A stretch of 30,013 nucleotides of DNA from Microthyrium microscopicum (lineage: Eukaryota), in the NCBI GenBank assembly GCA_010405405.1, contig MU004230.1:4079119-4109131 (forward strand), read 5' to 3'. Shown one piece after another: positions 1-11,849 of the stretch. Each line of letters begins with the position of its first letter. Position 1 is the first letter of the stretch. The position numbers were made by a program, and so were the translations under genes. Under the pieces are notes generated by a model that did not search any database, was not told where the DNA came from, and saw only the letters and a list, made by a program, of their open reading frames with translations.

Positions 1-277
1 AGGATTGCTTTTGAGTCAAAAAATGGTGACAAGCCTGAGATCTCAATACATCATACAGCGCCATCAGGCTCAGCCTTGTGTCGTGAGTCAGCAACCAATT
101 AGAATGAAGGGACAAGTAAAAAGGTGTGGTCGCGTCTTCAATTTGCTTTTTCTGTGCAACAACGCGTAAATTCTCCAGCTTTCAGTTCCGTTCCAACCTG
201 AACCCATGAACCTTGAACCTGGGAATGTTCAAGCATATTTCAATGATTTCCAACGTCGTCCAAAGCGTTGAGTCTTT

Positions 278-1297
278 TCATCGATCGAAAACTTCCTTTA
301 AAACATCAAATCTGGGACCCAACGCTCGCTTAAATTCGGAGAATTGCTGTGAGATCTGGAGCCTGATTCGCTCGAATGAATAATTTCCGTGAAAGCCACA
401 CGGCGCGATCGACTGGCTCAACCACTCGCGCTTCACCTCTAAAGGCTTAAGTCCTACGCCAGCTATCAAAGCTCCTGCTGAACTGCAAGCCAATCTCAAT
501 ATTTCATGCAGAATTTTCCTCGTCAGTTGCTTGAGCTTGGAACACAAAACGGCTGTGATGGACTTGTTCCTGGCACCGCGTCTTTCACTCTTTGGAACGT
601 GCCGAGAAGTCAAGAGCTTGGAAGGTATCAACATTTCATCAAAGCCAATAGCCATCCTCGATTCCTAAGTACAATGGTAGCATTGAAAACGAAAGGAGAT
701 CTTGCACTTCAGCGATTTCGGTAATCGGTTACCGGGCCATGAATTGTGGGCTTCACAGAGTTCGCAGTGTTTAGTGGTGTGGCTCCTGCGACTCTGGGAG
801 ACTGCGCGCGTCGCCTGTCCAGTGTCTGCGTTGTTGATCTTGTGGTTGCTGGGGGCACTCCCAATCTTCATTAGACAAAAGAACATGTAAATATGGGCAG
901 TTTGAAAGCGCGCAACTCAAACTCTAGCTTATAGTGTAAGATCTAGGTATCTCATCTCTATTCGGCTGTTGAGGTTGAATGGTGCGTGTGACACCTTGTT
1001 GGATTGTTCCAAAACACTGCAAGCGATTTCATCTTCAGCCTCATCGTGGAGTTTAAAGTAAACAATTCTCCGAATCTGATGAATCTCAGGCCTTCCCTGT
1101 GACTTCCGATTTAACGTTGAAGTGGGAAATCGATTGGCTCCACTTCCTACCGCTTGGGCAATCTGGCCCGTAGCTTTGGACAATCCAGCTCATCTCGCGC
1201 TTGTGGCGTTCAACATCTTCTCAATCTTACCCAAAGCAGTAACTTGTTTGGTGGGGCCAGTAATATGCTTCTCAAAGGAAGAAAGATGAGCATACAT
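278..1297 (-). pseudogene. Possible disrupted reading frame of unknown product
   Basis: Minus-strand ORFs 929-1183, 665-886 and 278-655, plus an upstream ATG at 1297 (MYAHLSSFEK...), all share one frame. About four internal stops interrupt ~340 codons. No recognisable motif. Confidence 0.2.
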
Positions 1298-1730
1298 GTA
1301 GTTGAACAATAGTCTGGATATCATTTGTATATGTTCAGACCGCAACACGCACATTCTTCTTGAATATATCTGAACGCCATTGATATCCTTTCAATACAGA
1401 ACATCCACAAACACGAAGAAATCACTCAAGCCGCACCACAACTTCAATACCCTACTACTAACAACAGGCACAACCGATACAACACCACGCAGCGCATTCC
1501 GAATTGTAACAACGAAAGCGCTTTACATAGCCTGTTCGAAGCAGACAGCATGTCAGAGACCTGAGTATTGATCTTTTCATGAACAGTAAGGGGCTACTTC
1601 TTTGGACAGCCAGTGCTAGATAAAGTAGCTGCTAATCATTCAGAAGGCACATACGAGATATTCAACAGAACGATATCAGACGAATATTCCACGAGTTTCT
1701 CTTTATTTTCCCCAATCCCTTTCCCAAATT

Positions 1731-4700
1731 ATGCCGGATCAATCGGCTTGGTTGATATTTTTGCTAATATGCTTTAATTTACAGGTTTCCACAGTTCAAG
1801 GCCTGCCATTGGCATTCAGCTGGCCATCGTTTCGAACATTCGGGCTTCCCAATATAGCTCCTGCCTTCGAAGTTCCGACATTGACGAACTTGTTTAATAC
1901 GATACATGCAACTCAGCAAGTACCTACGCCTGCTGTAGCGACAGTGGTGCCAAATCCTACCACCATTGTAACGAACACTCCAGCAGCAGTATCAAAGACA
2001 ACAACCGCTCCAATTGTCGCACCGGTCCCTACGACTACGGCTGTCGCTGTTCCTCCTCCGGCGCCCGCTGCTCAAAGTGCAAATACTCCAGCCCCTGCGA
2101 ATACTCCAGTCACGGTCAACACGCCAGCTCCAGCGAATACTCCAGCGGCTGCAAATACGCCAGCTCCAGCGAGCACACCCGCTCCAGCGAATACACCAGC
2201 TCCAGCGAATACACCAGCTCCAGCGAATACACCAGCTTCAGCGAATACACCAGCTCCAGCGAATACGCCAGCTCCAGTGAATACACCTGCTGCTGTTAAT
2301 ACACCTGCTGCTGCTAATACGCCGGCTGCTAATACGCCGGCTGCTAATACGCCGGCTGCTAATACGCCGGCTGCTAATACACCTGCTACTACTACACAGT
2401 CTGCAGGTGTATTTGCCGAGTACTCCGGGCTTCGTACCGTTTCTTCGATAGCTACAATCACGGTTACTGTTACGACTACTGGGGTATGTATTGCATTTTC
2501 TAAATTAAAATCATTACTAACTGTAGGATTGATAGACAATCAATACCGTGTTGCCATCCACTGGTCAGCTCACGGTGGCTCCATTTCCTAATGGCACCAT
2601 AACATCCACTACTCTACCATTAACCACCCTGGCTAGTAATGCGACCGCGCCATCAGTAATTCCGGCTGGATCAAATATATTCGTTCCCATTGCAGATGCA
2701 GGTGGCGCGCCTCCTCCGCAGTTCCCATCAAAAGGTGGCCATCCAGTCCAAGGATTAGGTATCGTTGGAGGTCATTCAAAACCTTTGGGAACGAACAAGT
2801 TTTGGGCAAATCTAGTCCTACAAGATCAAACTCTTCCTGTGTTCACTCTTCCATATTCTGTTCACTGGGTAAAAGGCGGAAGTCCCACCAACAGCTGGGG
2901 TCTTGGGATCGAGCATACTGAACGGTCGCAGGCAGTGTTTGGTGCTGGTAATCCTGCTGCATGTAAGTTTGAATTGGTTTTGGGGTAGCTGCATGGTTCT
3001 CTAACCCAAGATAGACTATACCAACCCTCTAGGATTGGACTCGATCATTCTCTCGGCGGCCGAACTATCTGGTACTGCGGTGTTGACTACCGATAGTCTT
3101 GCGGCTTTCAGCGTAAATGTCAATTTGGCGAATTCTGCGTCAGCAGCACCATTAATCACATTTCCTTTAGTGCAGGGCATGGGAATGATCACTGGACTGT
3201 ACAATGCAGCCACGGTGCTTATACAGTCCAGCATATACTTTAAGCAAATCTCGCCAGTAGCCAAGGTGGGATCTTCATATCGCTGGATCGTCCTTTTAAC
3301 CGATGGCCACGAATGGGCAATCTATCTTACTCCTTCTGATTCAGTGGTTCCGACGTTGACACTCAATACGAATGGCGGATCTATCACAGGACCTCAATTT
3401 TCTGGACTAGTGCAGGTCGCCAAACTCGAGAATGATGGCGAACAGGTGTATTACGATACCCAAGTGGGAGCGTACGCGGTCTCTGGAAATGTTTCTGCAA
3501 CAGCCACAGGACAATATTCGCTATCATGGTCAAAGAAAGGAGATGCATCCAAAACGCTCATTATGTTTGCTTTGCCTCATCATGTTGAGTCGTTCTCAAG
3601 TACTACTGCAAGCCAAGCGTTGAACATTACTCTGGACACGCCGACCAAGGGACTTGCTCGTGCCGTCAGGAGTGACGGATGGTCTCTAGTGGAGCAACTT
3701 CCCACTAGTATGGGATTCGCACCTTGGTCTCCAACCTTTCAGAATGTATCATCAATCCCAAGTTCTGCCTTGGCTCTAATCAGTTCTACCGCAAGCACAG
3801 AACTTGCCCAGGATATGATCCAGCAGACCAATTTGAACACTGCATACTTCAGTGGCAAGGCTTTAGCCAAGTTTGCCCATCTAGTGTATTTGGCTAAAGA
3901 CCTGCTTAAGAATGATGGCTTAGCAGGAGCAGGCGTTGTCAACCTGGAGGCTGCATTCGATCTCTGGGTTCAAAACACAGCCGCAACAAGCCTGGTATAC
4001 GACAGTACCTGGGTAAGTTTTCATCTATCTATTGTTCCCAAATTTCCACTAATCAGTTTGCAGGGTGGTATGGTGGATCCTTCTGGATTCACTGATGCTA
4101 ATAGTGATTACGGAAACGCATATTATAATGACCACATGTTCCACTACGGATACTTCGTCTACACGGCTGCTGTTATCGCATATGTAGATCCAGCTTGGCT
4201 AACCAAAGGAACCAACAAAGCTTTCGTCAATTCGTTACTTCGAGATTATGCAAATTCTGTAGATGACGCTCAGTTTCCATTTTCGAGAAACTTTGATTGG
4301 TACCATGGACACAGTTGGGCTGCTGGACTGTTCCCTTCTGGAGATGGAAAAAGTAAGAACTCTTCAAGGAGACTCTGAACAGAGCTAACAAGAAATAGAT
4401 CTCGAGAGTTCCAGCGAAGACACCTTTGCCAGCTATGCGGTAAAGATGTGGGGTAAAGTCACTGGTGATTCGAATACAGAAGCACGAGGTAAGTTGATAG
4501 CTGTTGGACTTTTGACCTGACCAGTGAGCTAACCTTGTTGCAGGAAACCTTATGCTGGCGGTTCAAGCAAGGGCTCTCCATAATTATATTTTGTATACAT
4601 CTGATAATACTGTCGAGCCTGCCAATTGGATTGGGCACAAAGTATCCGGCATCATCTTCGAAAACAAGATTGACTACACTGTAAGTTGATTGTATCAAGA

Positions 4701-5084
4701 GTATCGGAAATACAACTAACGTCGCACTAGACATTCTTTGGAACAAACGTTGAATATATACATGGGTAAGTAACCATGTCCAAGATGTCCCACAGTGACT
4801 AACAGCTTTCTAGAATCCACATGATCCCAATAGGCTCCCATTCTGGACTCATTCGTACATCCAAGTTTGTTGGACAAGAATGGGCAGCATTCTTTGACAG
4901 CGGAAGAGCCGATAGCGTCGATCCAGCCTGGAAAGGACTGCTCTACGCCAATCTAGCACTCAACGATCCGAAGACTGCCTGGAGCTTCTTCAGTGCTCCA
5001 AACTTTGATATGACGAATTTAGATGGCGGTGCCAGCCTTTCGTGGTATATGACCATGGCCGCGACTCTAGGAGGAGCCAGTTAG
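1731..5084 (+). CDS. Secreted GH81 endo-1,3(4)-beta-glucanase (Eng1/Acf2 family) with N-terminal Pro/Ala/Thr-rich repeat stalk, ~999 aa
   Basis: Exons 1731-2483, 2536-2962, 3015-4012, 4064-4352, 4399-4488, 4544-4680, 4731-4765 and 4814-5084 total 3000 nt in frame, and all introns are GT-AG with CTAAC/CTAAT-like branch sites. Hydrophobic signal peptide present. GH81 motifs: TNKFWANL, YFSGKALAKFA, YNDHMFHYGY, RNFDWYHGHSWAAGL, DGKNLESSSED (catalytic Glu pair, rebuilt across an intron), GIIFENK, HGIHMIP. Confidence 0.93.
2080..2385 (+). repeat. Coding minisatellite: 18-nt units (APANTP) followed by 15-nt units (AANTP)
   Basis: GCTCCAGCGAATACACCA occurs 3 times perfectly from 2181, with degenerate copies on both sides. 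GCTGCTAATACGCCG occurs 4 times perfectly at 2310-2369. Confidence 0.95.
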
Positions 5085-5677
5085 ATTCGGCATTCCTATT
5101 CTAGGAAACTCAACTTGTTTATATGGGATTACATACGGCGTACAGGAAAAGAGCTAGGATACCACATGATTTTCAGCGATTTATATGGGATAGACGGTTA
5201 TGATAATGTTTCAAGATTGCATGGGTTATGACTGGGTATAGATAGAGATGGAAGGAATAATTAATCGTCAAGGCTCACAAAAGAAAGCCACTTCAAACGT
5301 TCATATCATTCTGTTCCCTGCTTTTCTGAGGTCGTGATAGGTGTGACAGTAGTGCTGTCTTCCCACCACGCGTTTTCAATGTCTTTTTTTCCATAATTTG
5401 TCAGCCTGATACTCATCAGTTCTGGTCACATCAAGTAAAGTTCCAGATCATTCATTGTGTGTTGACTTTGGCCCCTGGAAAAGAGATTGGTGTTAATCCA
5501 CGGAATTGTTCCGCGATTTGACGGTGTGCGGAATGCGTCCGGCCCCTTTCCGCTTCTGCTTGTCAGCATATATTTCTTTGGAACAAAGCAGTTTGCCTAC
5601 TGTCTAGATGCATTACTTAACGCAGTACAAATCCATGGAAAGTCTTATACCATTCTCGATCAGATCCAGTAATTGTC

Positions 5678-5685
5678 TATAAAAG
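5678..5685 (+). promoter_or_regulatory. Candidate TATA box of the pirin gene
   Basis: TATAAAAG starts 25 nt before the first in-frame ATG (5703). Motif match only. Confidence 0.4.
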
Positions 5686-5702
5686 TGCGCGGTACGACCT
5701 CA

Positions 5703-6839
5703 ATGAGAACCATCACTTCCATTTTCGTTGCAGTTCTTGCCATTGTTACAGCAGTCTACCTTAACTGGATCCCGTCCCAACTAAACATTAAAAGTTACAT
5801 ACCTCAACTTTTCTCTCAAAAACATACAAACAACTCAATGTCGGCCACTCAGACTCAAGCTAACAGCACCAACTCCTTCGTTGGCCTCCCAGTCATTCCT
5901 CCCAACGACCCATCTCTCACCAAGTCACCAGAGATGGCCATTCCAAGAGCCATCAAAAAGTCATTTCTGGCAATTGAACAGGCCGAAGGCGCTGGCGCAA
6001 GAGTCAGGCGGTCTATCGGAACATCAAAGCTAAAGAACTTCTCTCCATTTCTTATGCTCGACCACTTCTCAATAGGCGCGGGAGCAGGTTTTCCAGACCA
6101 TCCACATCGAGGACAGGAAACCATCACATATCTCCTCAGTGGCTCCGTCGACCACGAAGACTTTGCCGGCAACAAGGGCACCATCGGACCAGGCGATCTC
6201 CAATTCATGACTGCCGGCAAAGGCATTGTTCATGCTGAAATGCCACACCAAAACTCTGACGGTTCACCAAACATCGGGATGCAGCTCTGGGTCGACTTAC
6301 CCAAAAGTCTCAAATTTTGCGAGCCACGATACCGGGATCTTCGAGCCAGTGAGATTCCCAAGGACACTAGCGCGGATGGAAAAGTCACAATCAAAGTCAT
6401 CAGTGGCAAGACTGCTTCGGGTGTTCTCAGCCAACAAGAGCTCAGCTATACGCCTGTATGGCTCCTTGATGTGACGATAAAGCCAGGCGGCAAACTTGTC
6501 CAACCTCTACCTGCAGGATGGAATGCATTTGCCTATTCACTCAAGGGCCAGGTAATCTTTGGCTCTGGTGACCAAAGGGTCACTGTGGAGCAATACCACA
6601 ACACTGTCTTCGAACAACAAGGCGACACCGTTGTGGCAGAAGTCGATGAAGGTGCAGATGCAGACGCACAGTTTATTCTTGTAGCAGGTCTTCCGTTAGA
6701 TCAGGCTATAGTTCAATACGGGCCTTTCGTTCTTTCATCGGCTGATCAAGTGTATCAAGCGCTAAACGACTATCAAACGCATTCGAACGGCTTTGAACGC
6801 GCAAAGGATTGGGAAAGCGACATTGGCAAGCGGATGTAA
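5703..6839 (+). CDS. Pirin-family (bicupin, Fe-binding) protein, intronless
   Basis: EQAEGAGARVRRSIG, PFLMLDHF, GFPDHPHRGQETITY, GDLQFMTAGKGIVHAEMP, QLWVDLP and a C-terminal PLDQAIVQYGPFV. In-frame ATGs at 5703, 5838 and 5934, so the true start is uncertain. Confidence 0.93.
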   Translation: MRTITSIFVAVLAIVTAVYLNWIPSQLNIKSYIPQLFSQKHTNNSMSATQTQANSTNSFVGLPVIPPNDPSLTKSPEMAIPRAIKKSFLAIEQAEGAGARVRRSIGTSKLKNFSPFLMLDHFSIGAGAGFPDHPHRGQETITYLLSGSVDHEDFAGNKGTIGPGDLQFMTAGKGIVHAEMPHQNSDGSPNIGMQLWVDLPKSLKFCEPRYRDLRASEIPKDTSADGKVTIKVISGKTASGVLSQQELSYTPVWLLDVTIKPGGKLVQPLPAGWNAFAYSLKGQVIFGSGDQRVTVEQYHNTVFEQQGDTVVAEVDEGADADAQFILVAGLPLDQAIVQYGPFVLSSADQVYQALNDYQTHSNGFERAKDWESDIGKRM

Positions 6840-8627
6840 AATTAATGTTCATGATTGTTCTTCTTGTACCAGTATTGATGAAAATAAAAAGCTGTTTGGG
6901 AATGTAACTATAATTAGCAAGACTTAATTGATACCTCAGTGATCGGCTTGATTATGTGTAAAGTTGAGACAGATATTCAGGCTCACTTCATGCAGTCAAA
7001 GTCTGCTCTGTTCAACTAGATCGGAAGCTAAAAAGACCGTTCGGATCCATGTGCAGATGAGAAGCCTATACGGGGCGATGCGAATACGAAAATAAAATGC
7101 TAGATTAAGGGTAGATGATCTTCATAATGCATGCTTACTTCAATGCTTAAACAACAGTCTTCAGCCACTTTTATAGTATGTTAAGGTAAAAGGTATATCC
7201 TTAATGTCTTGGAATATGTTTCTGCTCACAGTCCTGTTTGCACAAATACTGTTTGATACAAATTTCTTTTAAAAGCTCACGTTGTTCTTTGAACCGTTTC
7301 TGTCTACTGTCTGGCCTGGCACATCAAGATGTCTTAGAGGCCTAATAAAGGCTATATACTACTAGTTCGATCACACCCTTCACTTAATGACTAGTGCTCT
7401 ACTAATTAAATGCTAATATCAGACGCTATGTGTGATGAAAGTATGATGCAATTTGGCTATCGAGGACTTTGCAATATCTGCTAAGAGGAAGACGACTACA
7501 ATACTACTGCTCAAGTCTCAAAAGCGCGAAAACTTCGTTAAGATAGCCTGGTCTGATGGTGCTCCAAGTTTTTCTCTATTGCTCCTGGCAATTCGCTCCA
7601 GATCTCGCGAGGTTATTATGAACAGGCCACACAATTCCATACTAGCATATACTTCGCATTCGAGTTCTAGGAAGCTGAATGAATGAATTCAGTACAGATA
7701 TCTGGTTAGTAACTTATTGAGTATCATGCACTGCCACAAATTCGTCGTCAGCTTCCAGTAAATATACCTTGAGTCCTTGACCAATAGCGGCGCTAAAGTA
7801 GACGGCGAAGTACCTTAATATGTTAGTATATCCGCACTCTGGATTCTAGACTCTTTGTTCCAGTACTATGCACCTGCTACCATTCTCGATTGCTCTGTAA
7901 GCATAATGGTTCTAGCCTGTGGGCCAAGCGAAGCAGATCACCACTCTAGTATGAAGTAGTAGGAGGTAGGCGATTGTCTATCTGATTCGCCGCGGCTTTG
8001 CTGCAGCGTCCCGCACACGCATTCGGAAGCGGCCATCAGCCGTTAAAACTCCAACCATCCCGCATTATCATCATCGCCAACTACATACTATCCCATCTCC
8101 CCCTGTGCTTCACCTCCTCGCGACTTCAAGTCCCAAGAAAAGCCTTGCCTGAGCGCCAACTTTTGCGCTTCCGCCGCGACAGGGCTTGAGCTCATTGTCG
8201 ACAACTGAGCTTTTGGCCATTTGGTAGTACCTTGGTACTAGATTAGATCTTTCGGCAGTTTCCAGGATTCGGCTGAAGGTACCAACTCAAACCACCAAAG
8301 AAATCTTCGGCTACAAAGCTGTTGTCGCACTACTCTGTACCATCGCGACGTCTCGGCAAGGTCATCTAGGTTCCTGTTTCGTTTTTGGCCCTCAATCACC
8401 CACTGTTCTCGCCGAGTGCCCGCCGTTTATCCAAACACTAGCCATCTTCAATCCGATCGCTTTCGAGGACCCGCTCTAGGCGCTTGCGCGCTTGGTTCCT
8501 CGAGCTTGCTGCTTCAGCAACTTGCCAGCCAACCGCTACTTCACCTTCTTCCCCGGACGGCGACAGTGAGCTGTGGGCACGTCGCAGTAAGATCTTTGAC
8601 ATCAGCGCCCGTCAACCCCGCTTGCCA

Positions 8628-9073
8628 ATGCTGTGGTATGTTCCACCATTTGTTCTTCATCTTCGCTGTTTCGTTTTCTTTCCATCAATCGTATCATGCC
8701 TTCCACCCCTCTTCTTTGGCGGTCTATGCATCTTCTGTAACTTCTTTTGCACCAGAATGTTTACACGACCTGTCAAAGCTGCCTGTCATTGACCACGCGC
8801 CCGCACGCCCTCTTACTGTAGCCTATTCAGAGCCCTGATATCCCAATGTTGCTGTTCTTCTCATCACCCATCTTCTTTCTGTAGTAGCCCTATTGTTATG
8901 CCATGGCCAATTCGGCCTGCCGTGTTGCTTGAATATACCACCGAGCTACTCTATTTCATGGAGGATTTTCGATGCATTCAGGCACATCTTGTTGATACCC
9001 TGCCACAGAGGCTATATTCGGTCATACTTTCATGCTTTTTATGCATTTTTGAAGCTGACGCCTTTGATTTAGA
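8628..9073 (+). promoter_or_regulatory. Predicted 5'-leader intron (8636-9072) of the bZIP gene, creating a spliced minimal uORF ATG-CTG-TG|A
   Basis: Donor GTATGT at 8636, branch GCTGAC at ~9054 and acceptor TTAG ending 9072. Joining gives M-L-stop ending 9 nt before ATG 9083. The donor-acceptor pairing is inferred. Confidence 0.45.
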
Positions 9074-9082
9074 CCAATACTC

Positions 9083-11551
9083 ATGGCGAGCAATGACTCT
9101 AGATCTGGCCCTTCGGCTGGGCCTTCACCACAATACCTAGGAGAAGCGAGTGACGACATATCAGTTCATCCCAGTGGTTCTGGTAAGTCACTGTTTTCTG
9201 TTTACAGTACGGGCTGTTCGATATCCCTCGCTCCTTTTGATTCTGTTCGGTTGTTCCTTCGATGTGTATCGTTTCATTCTTCGTAAAAATTGTATGCGCT
9301 CACTGGCTTCGGCTCCAAAACTTCGTCAACTTCTCTTTCTTTTCTTAGAGAACATGTTTTGAGCCTCAACATCAACGTGGTCCAGGACCCTGATGAGCCT
9401 CCCCTGGGCCAATGCGAGCTTGAACCTCTTTTCCTCGCTTCAGCGGCTCTCCCGGGTTGTGCCCAATAGTCGGCTAGGTCAGCATCTTACGACATAAGGT
9501 TGTTGAGCCAAACAACACACGCCTCTGAGCAGCAAGGCGGACCTCCTCACAAGTCACTACCATGTCAAATCAATTGCCCTTCGCTAGAACACCTCCATGC
9601 TCTTGTTTTCCATCTGCCTTTTGATGCCCCGCGCGTGACCCCAAAAGGGCAATCGTGAGCTGTGGCCATGGATGCAGCCTTGCATTCAGGAACACTGCTT
9701 GCCCTCCACACCCCGGGACCTCAAGACCATCTGGTAGTATCATGAGCTGCTATTGAGCACACCAGATGGATCTTGGATTCCAGTATCTCTTAATTAAAAG
9801 ACTGCCCCTTCCCAACCCTTTTGCCAAATCAATTCACTGCCCCTTTGCATATTGCATCTGGAATAGCAACAAAGCTGTACAACCCCTTCTAGTCTAACCC
9901 CGTCACCAATTCACCACCATGGATCAATACCACTGGAACATGCCTTCACCAATATCTCCACAGGAACAGATGCTAACTCCTGTTGCCCAACTCTCTCCTG
10001 CTGGGGTTCCTGTGAAATTGGAATGGCCATACGCTGTGGGTTCTCTGGACTTTGATCTATATGACAGTCGAGAAACCGGACCAACAGTACAGACCATTTA
10101 TCCAAACACAAGCTCAGCAGGAGTGATCAAAGGGCAACTTTGTGGTTTAGACGAAGTAGATCCTGCATTAGGACCTTTGGAACGATTACAACGGAAATGG
10201 GGAATCGGAGATCGAAAGACACGAGGTATGTACTACCAGATTGACATATCAACTTGATACTAATGGATTCTAGATGGACAACCTGCCAAACGGAGAGGAC
10301 CAAAGCCAGATGCCAAGCCAGCCTTAACACGGCGACAAGAACTCAATCGTCAAGCTCAAAGGTATGTTGATACTACCACTTTTCACGATATCAGAAACTA
10401 ATAGCTTTTAGAACTCACCGTGAGCGCAAAGAAAACTATATGCGCGAGCTAGAGATTACTATTGATGGGCTCCGCAAAAACTACGCACGAGATGTCGATG
10501 CTGTTCGAGAGGAGAACAAGAAGCTCAAAGAACTCTTGGCTGCACATGGTATTCAACATGAATACAACAGCACTCCTCCACAGTCATACACATCTGCCGG
10601 CTCAGCCATCGGTGCTAGCACTGGCAGCATGAGCGGCTACGGCACCCATTCAACAGGCTACGCATCTCCTCAAAACCAGGCTGTCTCCAACCTCTCCATG
10701 GGCAATCCATCTCCATCTTATCCTCTCCAATCACCCTCCTCAGCAGGCTTGCATACACCACGCAGCAATATTCACGGATTAGACTATGAAGACGTTGGAC
10801 TAGACTTTGTTGCTACGTACGGACGCACACCTTATCTTTCTCCTCCTCCAAACCAATAAGCAATTCTCCCAAGCTACCTTTCTTCCCCCCTTCCCTACTT
10901 TTTACCTCATTCATTCCATCCTCATCCTGTTGTCTCATCACGCATTTCATCGCTGTCAAATACCCCTATTTATGACCATTGCACTTGTTCTGACTCGTAG
11001 TTTTTTCTCTACCATACAGTCTCGAGCAAAACTGCACCAATCACCAACAATACATGGTCAACAAATCATTAGACGATGAAAACTGGCCGAGCGGCCACGC
11101 GCTCATGGTCACAGTGCCTCCGCGCGAGCACTGCCAAGAGCATGGCATGGACGTGGAATATCCGCACAAACTGCCTGAGATGCCCAAACCTGATCTGGCA
11201 AAGATGCTTGACCTTTGCACGCGTTTGCCAGGTTTGAAGGACGAGTTGACGCCTGTCATGGCTTGGGCATATCTGCTGAGCCATCCGGCATGTCCGCAGA
11301 TGACCAAGGATGACTTTGACGCGGTCAAGGTTGACTTGAAGCCTAAAGTAGCTTGCTATGGGTATGTTTAATTTCTTGCACTCTAGTCTGATCACAATAC
11401 TAACAATTTGACCAGATTCGGCGCTGTTCTTGAAAACTTTGAAGTTGAAGATGCTATTCATAAGGTTCTGACAAGCAAGAATGAGCCTGCTACGCAAGGT
11501 GGAGCGATGGAATGGGAGATGGTGACGCGAGGCGCAAATCCTGTGCGCTAA
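9083..11551 (+). CDS. flbB: FlbB-type bZIP transcription factor
   Basis: Spliced core reads KTR|DGQPAKRRGPKPDAKPALTRRQELNRQAQR|THRERKENYMRELE, nearly identical to the Aspergillus FlbB basic region as recalled. C-terminal motifs DFVAT|LEQNC, SGHALM, ELTPVMAW and CYG|FGAVLE. Introns 10226-10273, 10362-10411, 10817-11019 and 11362-11415; stop TAA 11549-11551. The N-terminus is uncertain: exon 9083-9182 (donor GTAAGT at 9183) or ATG 9919. Confidence 0.85.
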
Positions 11552-11849
11552 TGTATTATGACTTTTTGATTCCCTTGTATGTATGTAATGTTTGGCTATC
11601 TGGTGTCGATGGAAAAGTCGATCATCAATTGGCAACAAGAATATTGTCACAAGTACACTCGTCCTTCGGTTGTTGTATCTCTCTATCATTCTAGTCAGAC
11701 ATGTGACCTTTTTCTGTTGTCAAGTATCAGATGGGAGGCAGATAAAGTCCAACATATCATAAGAAGTATAATTTGGAAATTGATTGTCATCACGTCGTGA
11801 TCATCTAGCTCGGCGCTGCACAATTGTCCAGCAATCCATCCATGTCCAT

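Noticed and set aside
2181..2369. Regular repeats considered as a CRISPR-like array
   Set aside because: Contiguous, spacer-less, codon-multiple units inside a eukaryotic exon.
2521..2526. First AG after the branch site as acceptor of GH81 intron 1
   Set aside because: It gives an immediate TGA and lies too close to TACTAAC. The AG ending at 2535 restores the frame.
2014..2539. ORFs 2014-2280 (+) and 2072-2539 (-) with LQRIHQ and AGVFAG repeats
   Set aside because: Alternative-frame and antisense readings of the ANTPAP coding repeat.
8225..8240. Inverted repeat TAGTACC-TT-GGTACTA upstream of the bZIP gene (a similar 7-bp inverted repeat lies at 22503-22518)
   Set aside because: Seven-bp inverted repeats are expected by chance in 30 kb, and there is no independent support.
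8416..9362. Several plus-strand ORFs (8416, 8484, 8898, 9150)
   Set aside because: Pyrimidine-rich leader/intron sequence of the bZIP gene, mostly with non-ATG starts and no motifs.
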